Part shown: in pieces, positions 10,034 through 20,084 of the stretch
Layout of the letters: the number at the start of each line of letters is the position of its first letter
Numbering within the stretch: the first letter of the stretch is position 1
Source of the DNA: Dehalococcoidia bacterium
GTDB lineage: Bacteria > Chloroflexota > Dehalococcoidia > UBA2979
NCBI GenBank assembly: GCA_965219085.1
Contig: OZ244720.1
Span: forward strand, 3,241,962 to 3,305,961
Direction of reading: 5' to 3'
Length of the DNA: 64,000 bases
Translations under genes and position numbers: made by a program
The notes under the pieces: generated by a model
The model's database searches: none
Told to the model about the DNA's origin: nothing
What the model saw: the letters and a program-made list of their open reading frames with translations, nothing else

Positions 10034-10497
10034 TCTCGGCGGTCGATACCAACATCCTCCTCGACCTGTTGATCGGTGACCCTGAGTACGTTAGCGAATC
10101 GGAGCAGCGGCTCAACGAGGCAGCGGACGCAGGCAGAGTTGTGATCTCGGAGCCCGTGTACGCGGAGTTGTCGCCTCGCTTCGCTGACTCAGCGGACGTC
10201 GACGGATTCCTCGACCTGACTGGTGTCGTCTTTGAGTCGTCAACCCGTCCGACACTGCATCGTGCCGGAACTGCTTGGCGAGCCTACACGCGCCGACGGC
10301 CGCGGATGCTCGCCTGCCCGCAATGCGGCGAGCCGCTTCCCGGGCGCTGCCGGGCATGCGGTGCCGTCGTTCAGGTTCGGCAACACGTCCTGGCCGACTT
10401 CCTGATCGGCGCGCACGCCGCCTCGCAGGCGGACCGACTGATCACGCGCGACCGCGGCTACTACGCCACGTACTTCCCGGACCTCGAACTCGCGTAG
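10030..10497 (+). CDS. vapC: PIN-domain VapC-like toxin with CxxC-x8-CxxC insertion
   Basis: VDTNILLD, VYAEL, ADFLIGAHA, LITRD motifs; CPQC...CRAC insert. Confidence 0.88.
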   Translation: MISAVDTNILLDLLIGDPEYVSESEQRLNEAADAGRVVISEPVYAELSPRFADSADVDGFLDLTGVVFESSTRPTLHRAGTAWRAYTRRRPRMLACPQCGEPLPGRCRACGAVVQVRQHVLADFLIGAHAASQADRLITRDRGYYATYFPDLELA

Positions 10498-10514
10498 GTG
10501 CGTCCCGGCGCCGC

Positions 10515-11450
10515 CTACTCGCCTGCCTCGACCCACGCCCTGATCAGCTGATGCGCGATGGTGAACGGGGGCGGGACGCCGAAGCCGGCGTCGGGTGACG
10601 GGCCCCCGCCCTCCTCGGCCGTCGCGAGGGCACTCCGCACCTGATCGCGGGTGAACCACTGCGCGTCGCCGATCTCATTGTGGTCGACCTCGATATCCGT
10701 GCTCGCGGCGTCGGCGTGGCAGCCGATCATCAGCGACGACGGGAACGGCCACGGCTGCGAGGAGTGGTAGCGCACCGCGCCCACCTCGACGCCAGTCTCC
10801 TCGCGCACCTCGCGGCGCACGGCCTCCTCGATGGTCTCGCCCGGCTCGATGAAGCCTGCGACGCAGGTGTACATCGGCGCCCGGCGCGCGGTGGGGCTGG
10901 CGAGCAGGCAGCGCTCACCCCGCTCGACGAGCACGATCACGACCGGGTTCACGCGCGGGAAGTGCTCGGCGCCGCACGTCCCGCAGCGGCGCATGTCACC
11001 GCTGACGCGCGGCGCGGTGCCGCCCCCGCAGGCCGGGCAGTAGCGGCTGCGCGCGTGCCAGTCGATGAGCGAGCGCGCCTGCGCGAGGATGCCGGCCTCG
11101 GCGAGGGGTAGCGCGGCCCCCGCCTCGCGCGCGCCGATGAACGCATCGTCGCCAACGAGGGTGTCGAGCGTCGCCGCGTCGACGCCGGTCACGTCGGCGG
11201 CGAGGTGCGGCGTCCCGTCGCGCACGCCGAGCAGCACGGGCGCGGGCGCGTGGAACCGCGCCAGTTGCGCACGGCTACGCCACGCGAGTTGCGGCGACGA
11301 CTCGCCGCGGACCAGCGGGTTGAGGTCGCGGAACGCGAGGTAGCGCGCGTCGGGATGCTTGAGGGTCGCCTCGATCCACGCGCGGTCGCGCCGCTCGTTC
11401 GAGGAGCGATCGAGCGGGTTGCCCGCGAAGGTGTTGCGGACCGAGGTCAT
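10515..11450 (-). CDS. nudC: NAD(+) diphosphatase / NAD-cap decapping NudC
   Basis: CPACG..CGTC zinc ribbon, Nudix box GFIEPGETIEEAVRREVREETG, SQPWPFPSS signature. Confidence 0.93.
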   Translation of the reverse strand: MTSVRNTFAGNPLDRSSNERRDRAWIEATLKHPDARYLAFRDLNPLVRGESSPQLAWRSRAQLARFHAPAPVLLGVRDGTPHLAADVTGVDAATLDTLVGDDAFIGAREAGAALPLAEAGILAQARSLIDWHARSRYCPACGGGTAPRVSGDMRRCGTCGAEHFPRVNPVVIVLVERGERCLLASPTARRAPMYTCVAGFIEPGETIEEAVRREVREETGVEVGAVRYHSSQPWPFPSSLMIGCHADAASTDIEVDHNEIGDAQWFTRDQVRSALATAEEGGGPSPDAGFGVPPPFTIAHQLIRAWVEAGE

Positions 11451-12829
11451 GCGGCCCGCGGCTCCGAGGGGTCCGTGCGCTGAAGGAACGGGTTTTGGGA
11501 ACCGCGCGGGAGCCGCAGCAGGAAGGCGACCGGGATGGCCGCGGCGCTGAGCGCGGCCAGGACGAGGACGCCCGTGAAGTAGGTGCCCTGGAGGTCGAAG
11601 AACAGCCCGAGCACCATCGGCGCGAGGACCGCGAACGGCACCGACGTGAAGTTCGTCAGGCCCTGGATCGTTCCGAACGAGGGGAGCCCGAAGAGGCGTC
11701 CGACCAGCACGGGGCGCGACGGAATCATCCCGCCGAAGCTGATCCCGAAGAGCGAAGCGAAGATCACGATCTGCCAGTAGCTCGTCGCGTACGCGACCAC
11801 GAGCAGCGACGCCGTCTGGATGGCCAGCAGGAGCGCCGGCACGATCCTCAGGTCGAAGTCGCGGCGCGCCAGGAAGTCCATCAGCATGCCGCCGAGCACG
11901 CGCCCGAGCAGGCTTACGAGCGTCATCACGGCCAGGCTGAACGCACCTGCCTCGCGGGAGAACCCGAGGCTCACGAGGTATGGAATCTGGTGCAGCATGA
12001 AGCCGGAGATGCCGGTCGACAGCACGCCGTAGATCAGTGCAAGCACCCAGAAGTTGCGGTCCTTCAGGGCCTGCCCGGAGGTCATGCCGCCCTCGACCGG
12101 GTTGCCCATCGCGATGACTTCCGCGTCGCTGTCGCCGTCGGGGTTGAGGCCCTTGTCGGAGGGCTTCGAGCGGATCAGCATCGCGCACGGGACGCCCAGC
12201 AGCAGCATCCCGGCGCCGAGGATCAGCGCCGTCTCGCGCCATCCGTAGGTCGCCTCGAGCCACACGACGATGACGACGAACGGCCCGCTCAGCGCGCCGC
12301 CCGAGAAGCCAATGCCGAGCGCCTTGCCGCGCTGGCGGCGGAACCAGTTCACGATCGCGGTGTTGAACCCCACGCCCATCGTCGAACTCATCCCGATCGA
12401 GACGAGCGAGAAGGAGAGGAACAGCATCCACAGCGCCTGCATGAACGCCAGGGACATGATTCCGAGGCCGATGCACACGACACCGGCGATCGCTGCCGGT
12501 CGCGCGCCATGGCGGTCCACGAAGACGCCGATGAGCGGGCCCACGGCGCCGCCGACCGGCTGCATGAACAGCGCCGTCAGCGAGCCGATGCTGCGGCTCC
12601 AGCCGAATGTCTCGAGGATGGGGACGAAGAGCACGCCGAAGCCGTAGACGAAGGACGCACTGACGTACCAGTGGATCCCCATCATCCCGGCGATCATGTA
12701 CCAGCCGTAGAATAGCCCTCGGCGGCGGGGCGGGGCGCCCGCCGCTGCGGCGGTCGTGGTGGGCGTCGCGAGCGCAGCGGTCGTGGCAGGCGGCGCGAAT
12801 GCGGCCGTCCCCGGCATGAGGTCTTGCAT
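11447..12829 (-). CDS. MFS transporter
   Basis: FYGWYM, GVFVDRHGAR, NWFRRQRGKALG; ATGA-type overlap with nudC; start uncertain. Confidence 0.9.
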   Translation of the reverse strand: MQDLMPGTAAFAPPATTAALATPTTTAAAAGAPPRRRGLFYGWYMIAGMMGIHWYVSASFVYGFGVLFVPILETFGWSRSIGSLTALFMQPVGGAVGPLIGVFVDRHGARPAAIAGVVCIGLGIMSLAFMQALWMLFLSFSLVSIGMSSTMGVGFNTAIVNWFRRQRGKALGIGFSGGALSGPFVVIVVWLEATYGWRETALILGAGMLLLGVPCAMLIRSKPSDKGLNPDGDSDAEVIAMGNPVEGGMTSGQALKDRNFWVLALIYGVLSTGISGFMLHQIPYLVSLGFSREAGAFSLAVMTLVSLLGRVLGGMLMDFLARRDFDLRIVPALLLAIQTASLLVVAYATSYWQIVIFASLFGISFGGMIPSRPVLVGRLFGLPSFGTIQGLTNFTSVPFAVLAPMVLGLFFDLQGTYFTGVLVLAALSAAAIPVAFLLRLPRGSQNPFLQRTDPSEPRAA

Positions 12830-13090
12830 GCCGTCGTGCGTGAGTGCGGCGAGTCTCGCCGCGGTCGCCAGGTCGCGGGCTGGTATGGCCACGAGCATCC
12901 CGTTTCGTACCGACACACGGTACCAGCCGTCGGCTCCTCGCGCCCTCCGGCGCCCTGTGCGCGTGCCGGGAGATCCATCCGGGCTGCGCGCTCGTAATAC
13001 GGCCAGAGGGCCTGCGAGGATGCTCGTCCGGCAGCCGGTGCAAGACGCGCATCCCCCGCCCACACGAGACTGCGAGCGCGGAGGTGCACC

Positions 13091-14893
13091 ATGGCCGATC
13101 TGAAGTACGTGACCACGAGCGCGGTGTTCCTCGCCGCAAGCGCCTTCGCGACCGTGGCGCGAAGCAGCGTCGGTGTACCCCGGGCGATGGCGCCCATCCT
13201 GCTTCTCGCGGCGCTCACGCTCGGCCTCGCCGGCTGCGCGGCCGAGTTCGAGGACGACGGCGACGACGGGACATACCAGACCACGGAGACCGCGCTCGGC
13301 AGCTCCACGGACACGTCGACGCAGCAATCTGCCGCGCCGGTGTCCTCCTCGTCGGCTCTGTCATCGGCAGTGAGTGACTCGGACTCCGAAGACGACGCGG
13401 CGTCCACCACCGGGGTGCTGGTCCAGGATTCGAGCCCGCCCGAGCAGGGGAAGGGCGGCGTCGCGTACTTCGGGCCTGAGTCCGGCGGGACCCAGAACCC
13501 CAACGACCGCGCCTTGCCGCTCATGTACTTCGAGAGCCACGGGGTGAACCCGTTCGTCGACGCCGACGAGGATCCGCTGTCGACGTTCGCGCTCGACGGC
13601 GACACAGCGTCGTACGAGATCCTCGGGCTGTACCTCAGCGAGGCGCGGGTCCCACCGCCAGAGTCGGTGCGCATCGAGGAGTACGTGAACAGCCTCCCGC
13701 AGGACTACCCCGCAGCGGAGACGGCGCTCGGGCTGCACCTCGATGCCGGTCCCTCGCCGTTCGGGCCGGAGGGCTACGTGCTGCTGCGCGTCGGCGTGAG
13801 CAACCCACGGCCGGACACGGATCGCGACCCGGTGTCGCTGATCTTCGTCATCGACACCTCCGGATCGATGGGCGTCGACCGGCGGCTCGAGCTGGCGAAG
13901 ACCGTCGCCGAGGGCGTCGCCGACCGCATGATCGACGGCGACCGCGCCGCGCTCGTGACGTACGGCGACATCGCCGTCAAGAACAGCGACTTCGTCGATG
14001 CCGGCGACCGGTCGGAGGTCGTCACGGCCCTGCGAGGCCTGTACGCGAACGGCAGCACGTACGCCGAGGCGGGCCTGCGCATGGCGTACGGCCTGGCCGA
14101 GGACGAGCTCGACGAGGGGCGCACGGTACGCATCGTGCTGTTCTCCGACGGCGTCGCAAACGTCGGCCGCACCGGACCGGAGTCGATCCTCGAGTTCGTC
14201 GACGAGCAGGCGCACCGGCAGGCCACGCTTACCGCCATCGGCGTCGGTATCTCGGGCAACTACAACGACGTGCTGCTGGAGGCCCTGGCGAATCGCGGCA
14301 ACGGCACCTACCACTACGTCATCGATTACGCCGCGGCCGAGCGCTACCTGTCCGAGGACGTGAACGGCGTGTTCACCGAGACCGCGCGAGACGCCCGCAT
14401 CCAGGTCGCGTTCAACGCCGACGCCGTGCGCAAGTACCGGCTCATCGGCTACGAGAACCGCGCCGTCGCCGACGAGGACTTCGAGGACGACACCCTCGAC
14501 TTCGGTGAGCCCGGCTTCGCCCGCGACGTGACCGCGCTCTACGAGCTGCGCCTCGAGGAGGGCGCGTCGTCCGATGACCAGCTCGCCCTGGTGCGGCTGC
14601 GCTGGCTCAGCCCGGGAACCGGCGGGGCGATCGAGACGTCCGCGAGCATCACGGTCGACGACGTCGCCGGCAGCATCGCTGACACGAGCGCGCACTTCCG
14701 GCAGGCCGCCGCGACCGCCGAGTTCGCGGAGCTGCTGCGCAAGTCGTTCTGGGCGCAGTGCGGCGACATCTCCGCGGTCGGCGACCTCCTCGACGGCGTC
14801 GACGGCGAACTGGGCGAGAACAGCGACTACACTCGGCTCGTCAGCCGTGTGGCGCGGGCTTCGGAGTACTTCGAGCCCTACTGCAAGGAGTAG
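13091..14893 (+). CDS. vWA-domain lipoprotein (YfbK/DUF3520-like)
   Basis: Lipobox LAGC, PLSTFALDGDTASY, VRIEEYVN, MIDAS DTSGS, YRLIGYENR. Confidence 0.88.
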   Translation: MADLKYVTTSAVFLAASAFATVARSSVGVPRAMAPILLLAALTLGLAGCAAEFEDDGDDGTYQTTETALGSSTDTSTQQSAAPVSSSSALSSAVSDSDSEDDAASTTGVLVQDSSPPEQGKGGVAYFGPESGGTQNPNDRALPLMYFESHGVNPFVDADEDPLSTFALDGDTASYEILGLYLSEARVPPPESVRIEEYVNSLPQDYPAAETALGLHLDAGPSPFGPEGYVLLRVGVSNPRPDTDRDPVSLIFVIDTSGSMGVDRRLELAKTVAEGVADRMIDGDRAALVTYGDIAVKNSDFVDAGDRSEVVTALRGLYANGSTYAEAGLRMAYGLAEDELDEGRTVRIVLFSDGVANVGRTGPESILEFVDEQAHRQATLTAIGVGISGNYNDVLLEALANRGNGTYHYVIDYAAAERYLSEDVNGVFTETARDARIQVAFNADAVRKYRLIGYENRAVADEDFEDDTLDFGEPGFARDVTALYELRLEEGASSDDQLALVRLRWLSPGTGGAIETSASITVDDVAGSIADTSAHFRQAAATAEFAELLRKSFWAQCGDISAVGDLLDGVDGELGENSDYTRLVSRVARASEYFEPYCKE

Positions 14894-14930
14894 CAGCCCG
14901 CGCCGGAAGAGCGAGCGTGAGGAGCCGTCG

Positions 14931-15833
14931 ATGACCACCGAGACCGAGAGCACCATGCCCACCGACATCGGGATCGTCGACACGCTGCTCGGCATTCCGG
15001 CGGCGGACAAGACCGGCGCCTACGACTGGCTGCGCCCGCTGCTGCGCGACGACGAGTCCCTCGGTGCGTTCGACTTCCCGGTGCAGTACCAGTACCGCTC
15101 GCTGCCCGAGGTGCCGAAGGAGGGCACCGTCGACGACATGATCGACTTCACGGTCGAGCAGATGGACAAGCACCACATCTGGAAGGCGCTACTCAACGTC
15201 AGCCTCGAGGCCGGCGACCCCGGCCGTCGCGCAATGGAGCGCTACCCCGACCGCTTCTTCGGGAGCGTCAGCGTCGACCCCAACCGCGGCGTCCCGGCGC
15301 TGCGCGACCTGCAACACGCCGTTGAGGACCTCGGCGTGAAGGCGGCGAGCGTGACGCCGGCGTTCGTCATTCCGCAGTGCCCGATCAACGACAAGCGGAT
15401 GTACCCCGTCTACGCGAAGTGCGTCGAGCTGGACATCCCGATCCTGTGCACCACGGGCGTGCCGGGGCCGCGCGTGCCGATGGCCCCGCAGGACGTCTCG
15501 CTCATCGACGAGGTGTGCTGGTTCTTCCCCGAGCTGAAGTTCGTGATGCGGCACGGTGGTGAGCCGTGGACGTGGCTGGCGGCGAAGCTGCTGCTGAAGT
15601 GGCCGAACCTCTACTACTCGACGAGCGCGTTCGCGCCGAACCACTACCCGGACGACATCGTCCGCTTCGCGAACACGCGAGGGGCCGACAAGGTGATGTA
15701 CGCCGGGTACTTCCCGGCTGGGCTGTCGCTCGACCGCATCTTCCGCGACATGCCGTACGTGCCGTTCCGTGAGCACGTGTGGCCGAAGTTCCTGCGCGAG
15801 AACGCGGTGCGCGTGTTCGGCCTCGGCGAGTAG
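14931..15833 (+). CDS. Amidohydrolase_2 family protein
   Basis: YPVYAKCVELDIPI, FPELKFVMRHGGEPW, KWPNLYYSTSAFAP, KFLRENAVRVF. Confidence 0.88.
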   Translation: MTTETESTMPTDIGIVDTLLGIPAADKTGAYDWLRPLLRDDESLGAFDFPVQYQYRSLPEVPKEGTVDDMIDFTVEQMDKHHIWKALLNVSLEAGDPGRRAMERYPDRFFGSVSVDPNRGVPALRDLQHAVEDLGVKAASVTPAFVIPQCPINDKRMYPVYAKCVELDIPILCTTGVPGPRVPMAPQDVSLIDEVCWFFPELKFVMRHGGEPWTWLAAKLLLKWPNLYYSTSAFAPNHYPDDIVRFANTRGADKVMYAGYFPAGLSLDRIFRDMPYVPFREHVWPKFLRENAVRVFGLGE

Positions 15834-15848
15834 CGTCCTCGACGCGAA

Positions 15849-15872
15849 CCGGGCGGCCTTGAGGCCGCCCGG
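15849..15872. terminator. Hairpin between convergent genes
   Basis: CCGGGCGGCCT / AGGCCGCCCGG inverted repeat. Confidence 0.55.
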
Positions 15873-15896
15873 CGTGTTCGTGCGCGCGTCGAGTTG

Positions 15897-16691
15897 CTAC
15901 CGGCCCTGGAACTGCGGCTCGCGCTTCTCGAGGAACGAGTTGACGCCCTCGGCGCCGTCCTCGGTTGCGCCGAGCTGGCGGTTGTAGCCGATGCTGAGCT
16001 CCTGCACGCGCGAGAGGTCGTCTTCCTCGACCACCGAGACCATGCGCTTGGTCGCGGACATGCCGAGCGGAGGCCCACTGGCGATCTCCTGTGCGAACTC
16101 GACGGCGCGCGCCTCGAGCTCCTCGCGAGGCACCACCTCCAGCACGAGGCCGAGTTCGAGCGCTTCCTGCGCGTCGATGCGGCGCGCGCTGAGCATCAGT
16201 TCGAGGGCGCGCTGGCGGCCGAGCTGCTCCTGCAGGAAGTAGCTGAGCCCGTACTCGGCCACGATGCCGCGCTTCATCTGCGCGACCTGGAAGACCGCGT
16301 CGTCGGCCGCGATGCGCAGGTCGGTTGCCATGGCGAGCGAGAAGCCCCCGCCCATCGCGTACCCGTTGATGGCGCCGATGACGGGTGCGTCGCAGTCGCG
16401 CATGGCGCGGATGGGCTCGGCCTCGGGGTGGCCGCGCCGCCAGGGATCGGGCTCGGCGTCGGGGTCCTTCGGCGAGAAGTCGCCGCCGGCGCAGAAGGCG
16501 CGGCCGGCGCCAGTGAAGACGATGGCGCGGGTCTGGTAGGAGCCGGCCTTGAAGGCGGCGAAGTAGTCGTTGAGGCCCTCGATCAGTGCGGGGTTGAGCG
16601 CGTTGAGCCGTTCCGGCCGGTTCATGCGCACCACGGCCACGCCGCCGTCGCGCGCCTCGACCTCCACCACCGTCTCGACTGCTGTCGTCAT
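15897..16691 (-). CDS. Enoyl-CoA hydratase/isomerase family protein (close paralog of 1156-1962)
   Basis: MNRPERLNA, FCAGGD; shares DPWRR.HPE and FQVAQ.KRGI blocks with the 1156-1962 gene. Confidence 0.93.
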   Translation of the reverse strand: MTTAVETVVEVEARDGGVAVVRMNRPERLNALNPALIEGLNDYFAAFKAGSYQTRAIVFTGAGRAFCAGGDFSPKDPDAEPDPWRRGHPEAEPIRAMRDCDAPVIGAINGYAMGGGFSLAMATDLRIAADDAVFQVAQMKRGIVAEYGLSYFLQEQLGRQRALELMLSARRIDAQEALELGLVLEVVPREELEARAVEFAQEIASGPPLGMSATKRMVSVVEEDDLSRVQELSIGYNRQLGATEDGAEGVNSFLEKREPQFQGR

Positions 16692-16767
16692 CGCCCACCT
16701 CCGTCGATGTGTCGTGTTCGTGGGGTGCAGGGTACAGGGAGGGGCAGCGAGTGTGGGGGCGGCGGGG

Positions 16768-17378
16768 TCAGGTGCGTGGGGCGCGCCGGCCAGCCGTCAC
16801 GAATGACACTGTGGCGAGCGCGAACGCGAGTGCGACCAGTAGCACAACCGCCCGGTTATCTGCCCTCGGCGCCTGCTCACCTGCTGTCATCCCGGCTCCC
16901 GTTGCCGGACGCTCGGGTGACCGTGCTCCGCGTAGCTCTGGAGTGATCAAGCCGGTGCCAGGAGGGTGACCGGGACCGAGTAGGTTCAGGTAATGCTGCG
17001 CACCCTCCAGTCCGAAGATATTGCACACTCCGGTGACGAACCGGTCGCCTCCGTCGTCAAGCCAGGCATACACGAGGAACGTCTCGTCAAGGGCGAGGCG
17101 GGCCTCGCAGAAGCCTGTGCCTCGGAAGGCGATGCGCACGACTTCGGTCGTGCTCACATCGCCCTTCCATACTTCGGAGACCCGGAACGGCACGAGTTCA
17201 GTCTCAGTACGAGGGGTGAGCTCAAGCACTTCTGCCGCGAAGACGGCTTCGTAGTTCTCGAGTGATCCACTCCGCGGGGCCCCCCACAAACACACGCCGA
17301 GGCGCTCGGAGCTGGCAGTAACGCGCCAAGACTGAGCACCAGTGCCACCGCCGCGAGCAGAACAGGCCATGAACGCAT
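16768..17378 (-). pseudogene. Secreted TIMP/NTR-like CxC protein with C-terminal anchor, frameshifted (or sequencing indel)
   Basis: Signal peptide MRSWPVLL...ASA followed by CVC in one frame; AVFAAEV..FRVSEVWKG..FC..FLVYA..TGVC plus TM in another. The shift falls in the G6C4 run at 17276-17285. Confidence 0.6.
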
Positions 17379-17437
17379 GGGGCGCAGGGTACACGCCACG
17401 CGATGGTTGATGGTGTCCGAATCGCGCTCCGGGCGCA

Positions 17438-17465
17438 CGAAGGGCCGCCCGCGGGCGGCCCTTCG
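17438..17465. terminator. Hairpin downstream of the crotonase gene
   Basis: CGAAGGGCCGCCC / GGGCGGCCCTTCG perfect 13-bp arms. Confidence 0.6.
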
Positions 17466-17488
17466 ATGGTGTGCCGGGGGCGCTCGTG

Positions 17489-18256
17489 CTAGCGGCCCTC
17501 CCAGACCGGGTCGCGCTTCTCGGCGAACGCCGTCGGGCCCTCGACGGCGTCCTGCGAGCTCAGCACGTGCTTGCCGACCCAGTCGTAGAGCCGGTACGAG
17601 TCGTCCATCTTGGCGAGCCGCCAGCTCTGGATCACGGCCTTCGTGCCCTGCACCGACAGCGGCGCGTTGGCGGCGATCATCTCCGCGATCTCGACCGCGC
17701 GCGGCAGCAGCCGGTCGGGCTCGACGACCTCGGTGACCAGGCCCCACGCGAGCGCCTGCTCGGGCTCGATGCGGTCGGCGGTGAGCAGCGCGTACGCGGC
17801 CGCGGAGTGGCCAATCACGCGCGGCATGTGGTGGATGGCGTAGCCGGCGAGGATCCCGCGCTTCGGCTCGAACAGCCCGAAGAACGCCTCGGTCGAGCAG
17901 ATGCGGATGTCGCAGTCGAGGGCGGTCTCGCAGCCGCCGCCGATGGCGAGGCCGTTCACGGCGGCGATGAACGGCTTCTCGTTCTGCGAGTACGGGAAGT
18001 TGTCGACCAATGCCTGTGCGCCGCCGCGGTCGCGGGACTGCCCCCCTTCGGCCATCTCCTTGAGGTCGCCGCCGGCGGAGAAGGCGCGGCCGGCGCCGGT
18101 GACGATGCCGACGCGCATGTTGACGTCGTTGCTGAAGTCATCGATGGCCTCGGCGAGCTCGCGCGTGAGATTGCCGCCCATCGCGTTCAGCCGCTCGGGG
18201 CGGTTGTAGGTGAAGATCGCGTAGAAGTCGTGCTTGTCGTAGATCAGGTCGGGCAA
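17489..18256 (-). CDS. Enoyl-CoA hydratase (both catalytic Glu present)
   Basis: FSAGGDL, GGGCET, FGLFEPKRG; TTG start after a purine-rich RBS. Confidence 0.92.
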   Translation of the reverse strand: MPDLIYDKHDFYAIFTYNRPERLNAMGGNLTRELAEAIDDFSNDVNMRVGIVTGAGRAFSAGGDLKEMAEGGQSRDRGGAQALVDNFPYSQNEKPFIAAVNGLAIGGGCETALDCDIRICSTEAFFGLFEPKRGILAGYAIHHMPRVIGHSAAAYALLTADRIEPEQALAWGLVTEVVEPDRLLPRAVEIAEMIAANAPLSVQGTKAVIQSWRLAKMDDSYRLYDWVGKHVLSSQDAVEGPTAFAEKRDPVWEGR

Positions 18257-18392
18257 GGTGTTCCCTCTTCCTTGGCTCGCACTACCACGCGCGTTCTCGA
18301 TGCCGTGGCGGCGCGTCGCGAACGTATCGGCGCGCCGCACCGCTTGGCAAGCGGAACGAGGTATCGAGGGGTCCGAGGCCGCGTCCCTGAGC

Positions 18393-19166
18393 CTACTCGG
18401 CGAACTCGAACAGCACCGGCGCGTGGTCGGACGGCTTCTTGCCCTTGCGGAAGTCGCGGTCGAACCCCGCCGCGACGAGCCTCGACGCGAGCTCCGGGCT
18501 CACCAGCGCGAGGTCGATGCGCAGCCCCAGGCCGCGGTGGAAGTTCCCGCCGCGATAGTCCCACCACGAGTGCTGCACGAGGTCCGGTTCGACGACGCGG
18601 AACGCATCCGCCAGCCCGGCGTCGAGGATCGTGCGGAGCCGCTCGCGCTCGGGCGCGCTGACGTGGGTGCTGCCCTCGAACGCCTCGGGGTCGTACACGT
18701 CGATGTCGGCGGGGGCGACGTTGAAGTCGCCCGCGATGGCGAGCGGCTGCCCGGCGAGCGAGCGCGCGCGCTCGGCCATCGCGTCGAGGAACGCCAGCTT
18801 GGCCTCGTGCATCGGGTCGTCGAGCGACCGGCCGTTGACGACGTAGACGCTGGCGACGCGCACCCCGTTGACCGTGGCCTCGACCCAGCGGGCCTCCTCG
18901 GGCAGCGGGTTGCCCGGCAGGTCCGTCGAGACGTCGTCGAGGGGCACGTCGTTGCGGGCGAGGACGGCGACGCCCGCCCACTGCCCCGCCGAGTGGTCGG
19001 CGGCGTGGTAGCCGGCGGCGGCGAGCTCGTCGTGCGGGAAGGTGTCCGGCGCGACCTTCGTCTCCTGCAGGCAGAGGGCGTCGGGCGCGTGGACATCGAG
19101 GAACTCGAGCAGGCGCGGCAAGCGCGCCCGCACCGAGTTCACGTTCCAGGTCGCGAGCAGCACCAC
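18393..19166 (-). CDS. xth: Exodeoxyribonuclease III
   Basis: ATWNVNS, LCLQETK, GDFNVAP, SWWDYR, GLRIDL, SDHAPV. Confidence 0.95.
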   Translation of the reverse strand: MVLLATWNVNSVRARLPRLLEFLDVHAPDALCLQETKVAPDTFPHDELAAAGYHAADHSAGQWAGVAVLARNDVPLDDVSTDLPGNPLPEEARWVEATVNGVRVASVYVVNGRSLDDPMHEAKLAFLDAMAERARSLAGQPLAIAGDFNVAPADIDVYDPEAFEGSTHVSAPERERLRTILDAGLADAFRVVEPDLVQHSWWDYRGGNFHRGLGLRIDLALVSPELASRLVAAGFDRDFRKGKKPSDHAPVLFEFAE

Positions 19167-19231
19167 GACATCACCCGCTTCCGCGAACGACGTCGTGAGG
19201 TGTCGCGCTGACTGCTATGCGCTCAGGCGGC

Positions 19232-19969
19232 TCAGGCCTGGAACAGCAGCTCGAAGACCGCGTAGAACGCGACCGTCAGGATGGAGCCCGCGATGATCAC
19301 GCCCCGGATGGTGTCGTACGGCGCCTTCGACCAGTGCGGCGCGTAGCCGAACGGCCAGCCCAGCGCGTTAATCTCGATCGCCCCGACCAACGCGATGAAG
19401 ATCACCCAGTACGCGACGAGTGCGTCGTTGGCGACATCGAACACGAAGTGGCTCGAGGCGAACAGGTGCGAAGTGCCGCCCATGAAGAGCAGCATCGGGA
19501 TCGAGAGCAGCGTGTTGGTGCGCGATGCGAGCCCGGCGCGGCGGGCTGCCGCCGGTGCATCCGGGTCGGCCTCGCCGCCCTCGGCGACGGTAACGGCCGA
19601 GCCGATGGCGACCTGCTGCGCGGGCCAGATCACGAGCCACACGTTGCTGAACATGATGATGCCGAGGATCCCGCCGCCGGCGATGGCCGTGCCCTGCACC
19701 GTCGTGAAGTAGTCACGGGTGAGCTGCTCGTTGAAGGCGAGGATCAGGATGCCCGTGAGCAACGTGAACATCGCGCCCCAGCGGAACCACCACAGCGCGC
19801 GCCAGGTGACCCGCCGCATCGCCTCGGAGCGACCTTCGCCGCTCATCTCGGCAAACGCGGGCACCTGCACGAAGTTGAAGTAGTAGAGCAGGCCGATCCA
19901 GGTGATGCCGGCGAGGATGTGCGCGTACCGTGACAGGAACGCGTACCCCTCTTGGCTCAGAATCTCCAT
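19232..19969 (-). CDS. Urate hydroxylase PuuD-like (Urate_ox_N) membrane protein
   Basis: HILAGITWIGLLYYFNFVQ, ALWWFRWGA, NVWLVIWPAQ, SRTNTLLSIPMLLFM. Confidence 0.75.
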   Translation of the reverse strand: MEILSQEGYAFLSRYAHILAGITWIGLLYYFNFVQVPAFAEMSGEGRSEAMRRVTWRALWWFRWGAMFTLLTGILILAFNEQLTRDYFTTVQGTAIAGGGILGIIMFSNVWLVIWPAQQVAIGSAVTVAEGGEADPDAPAAARRAGLASRTNTLLSIPMLLFMGGTSHLFASSHFVFDVANDALVAYWVIFIALVGAIEINALGWPFGYAPHWSKAPYDTIRGVIIAGSILTVAFYAVFELLFQA

Positions 19970-20084
19970 AGCATCCACCTTCCAGGATTGGCCTTGTGGC
20001 GCGAGCTTATCACACGGCATCGAGGCCCGGCGTGGCGTGCCGGGCCCGATCGTGCAAGGTGTGACCCTGACTACGAACGTGGCC

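Noticed and set aside
10515-13139. 874-aa ORF suggesting a NudC fusion
   Set aside because: Only the last 311 aa are NudC; the upstream part is an alternative frame over the MFS gene.
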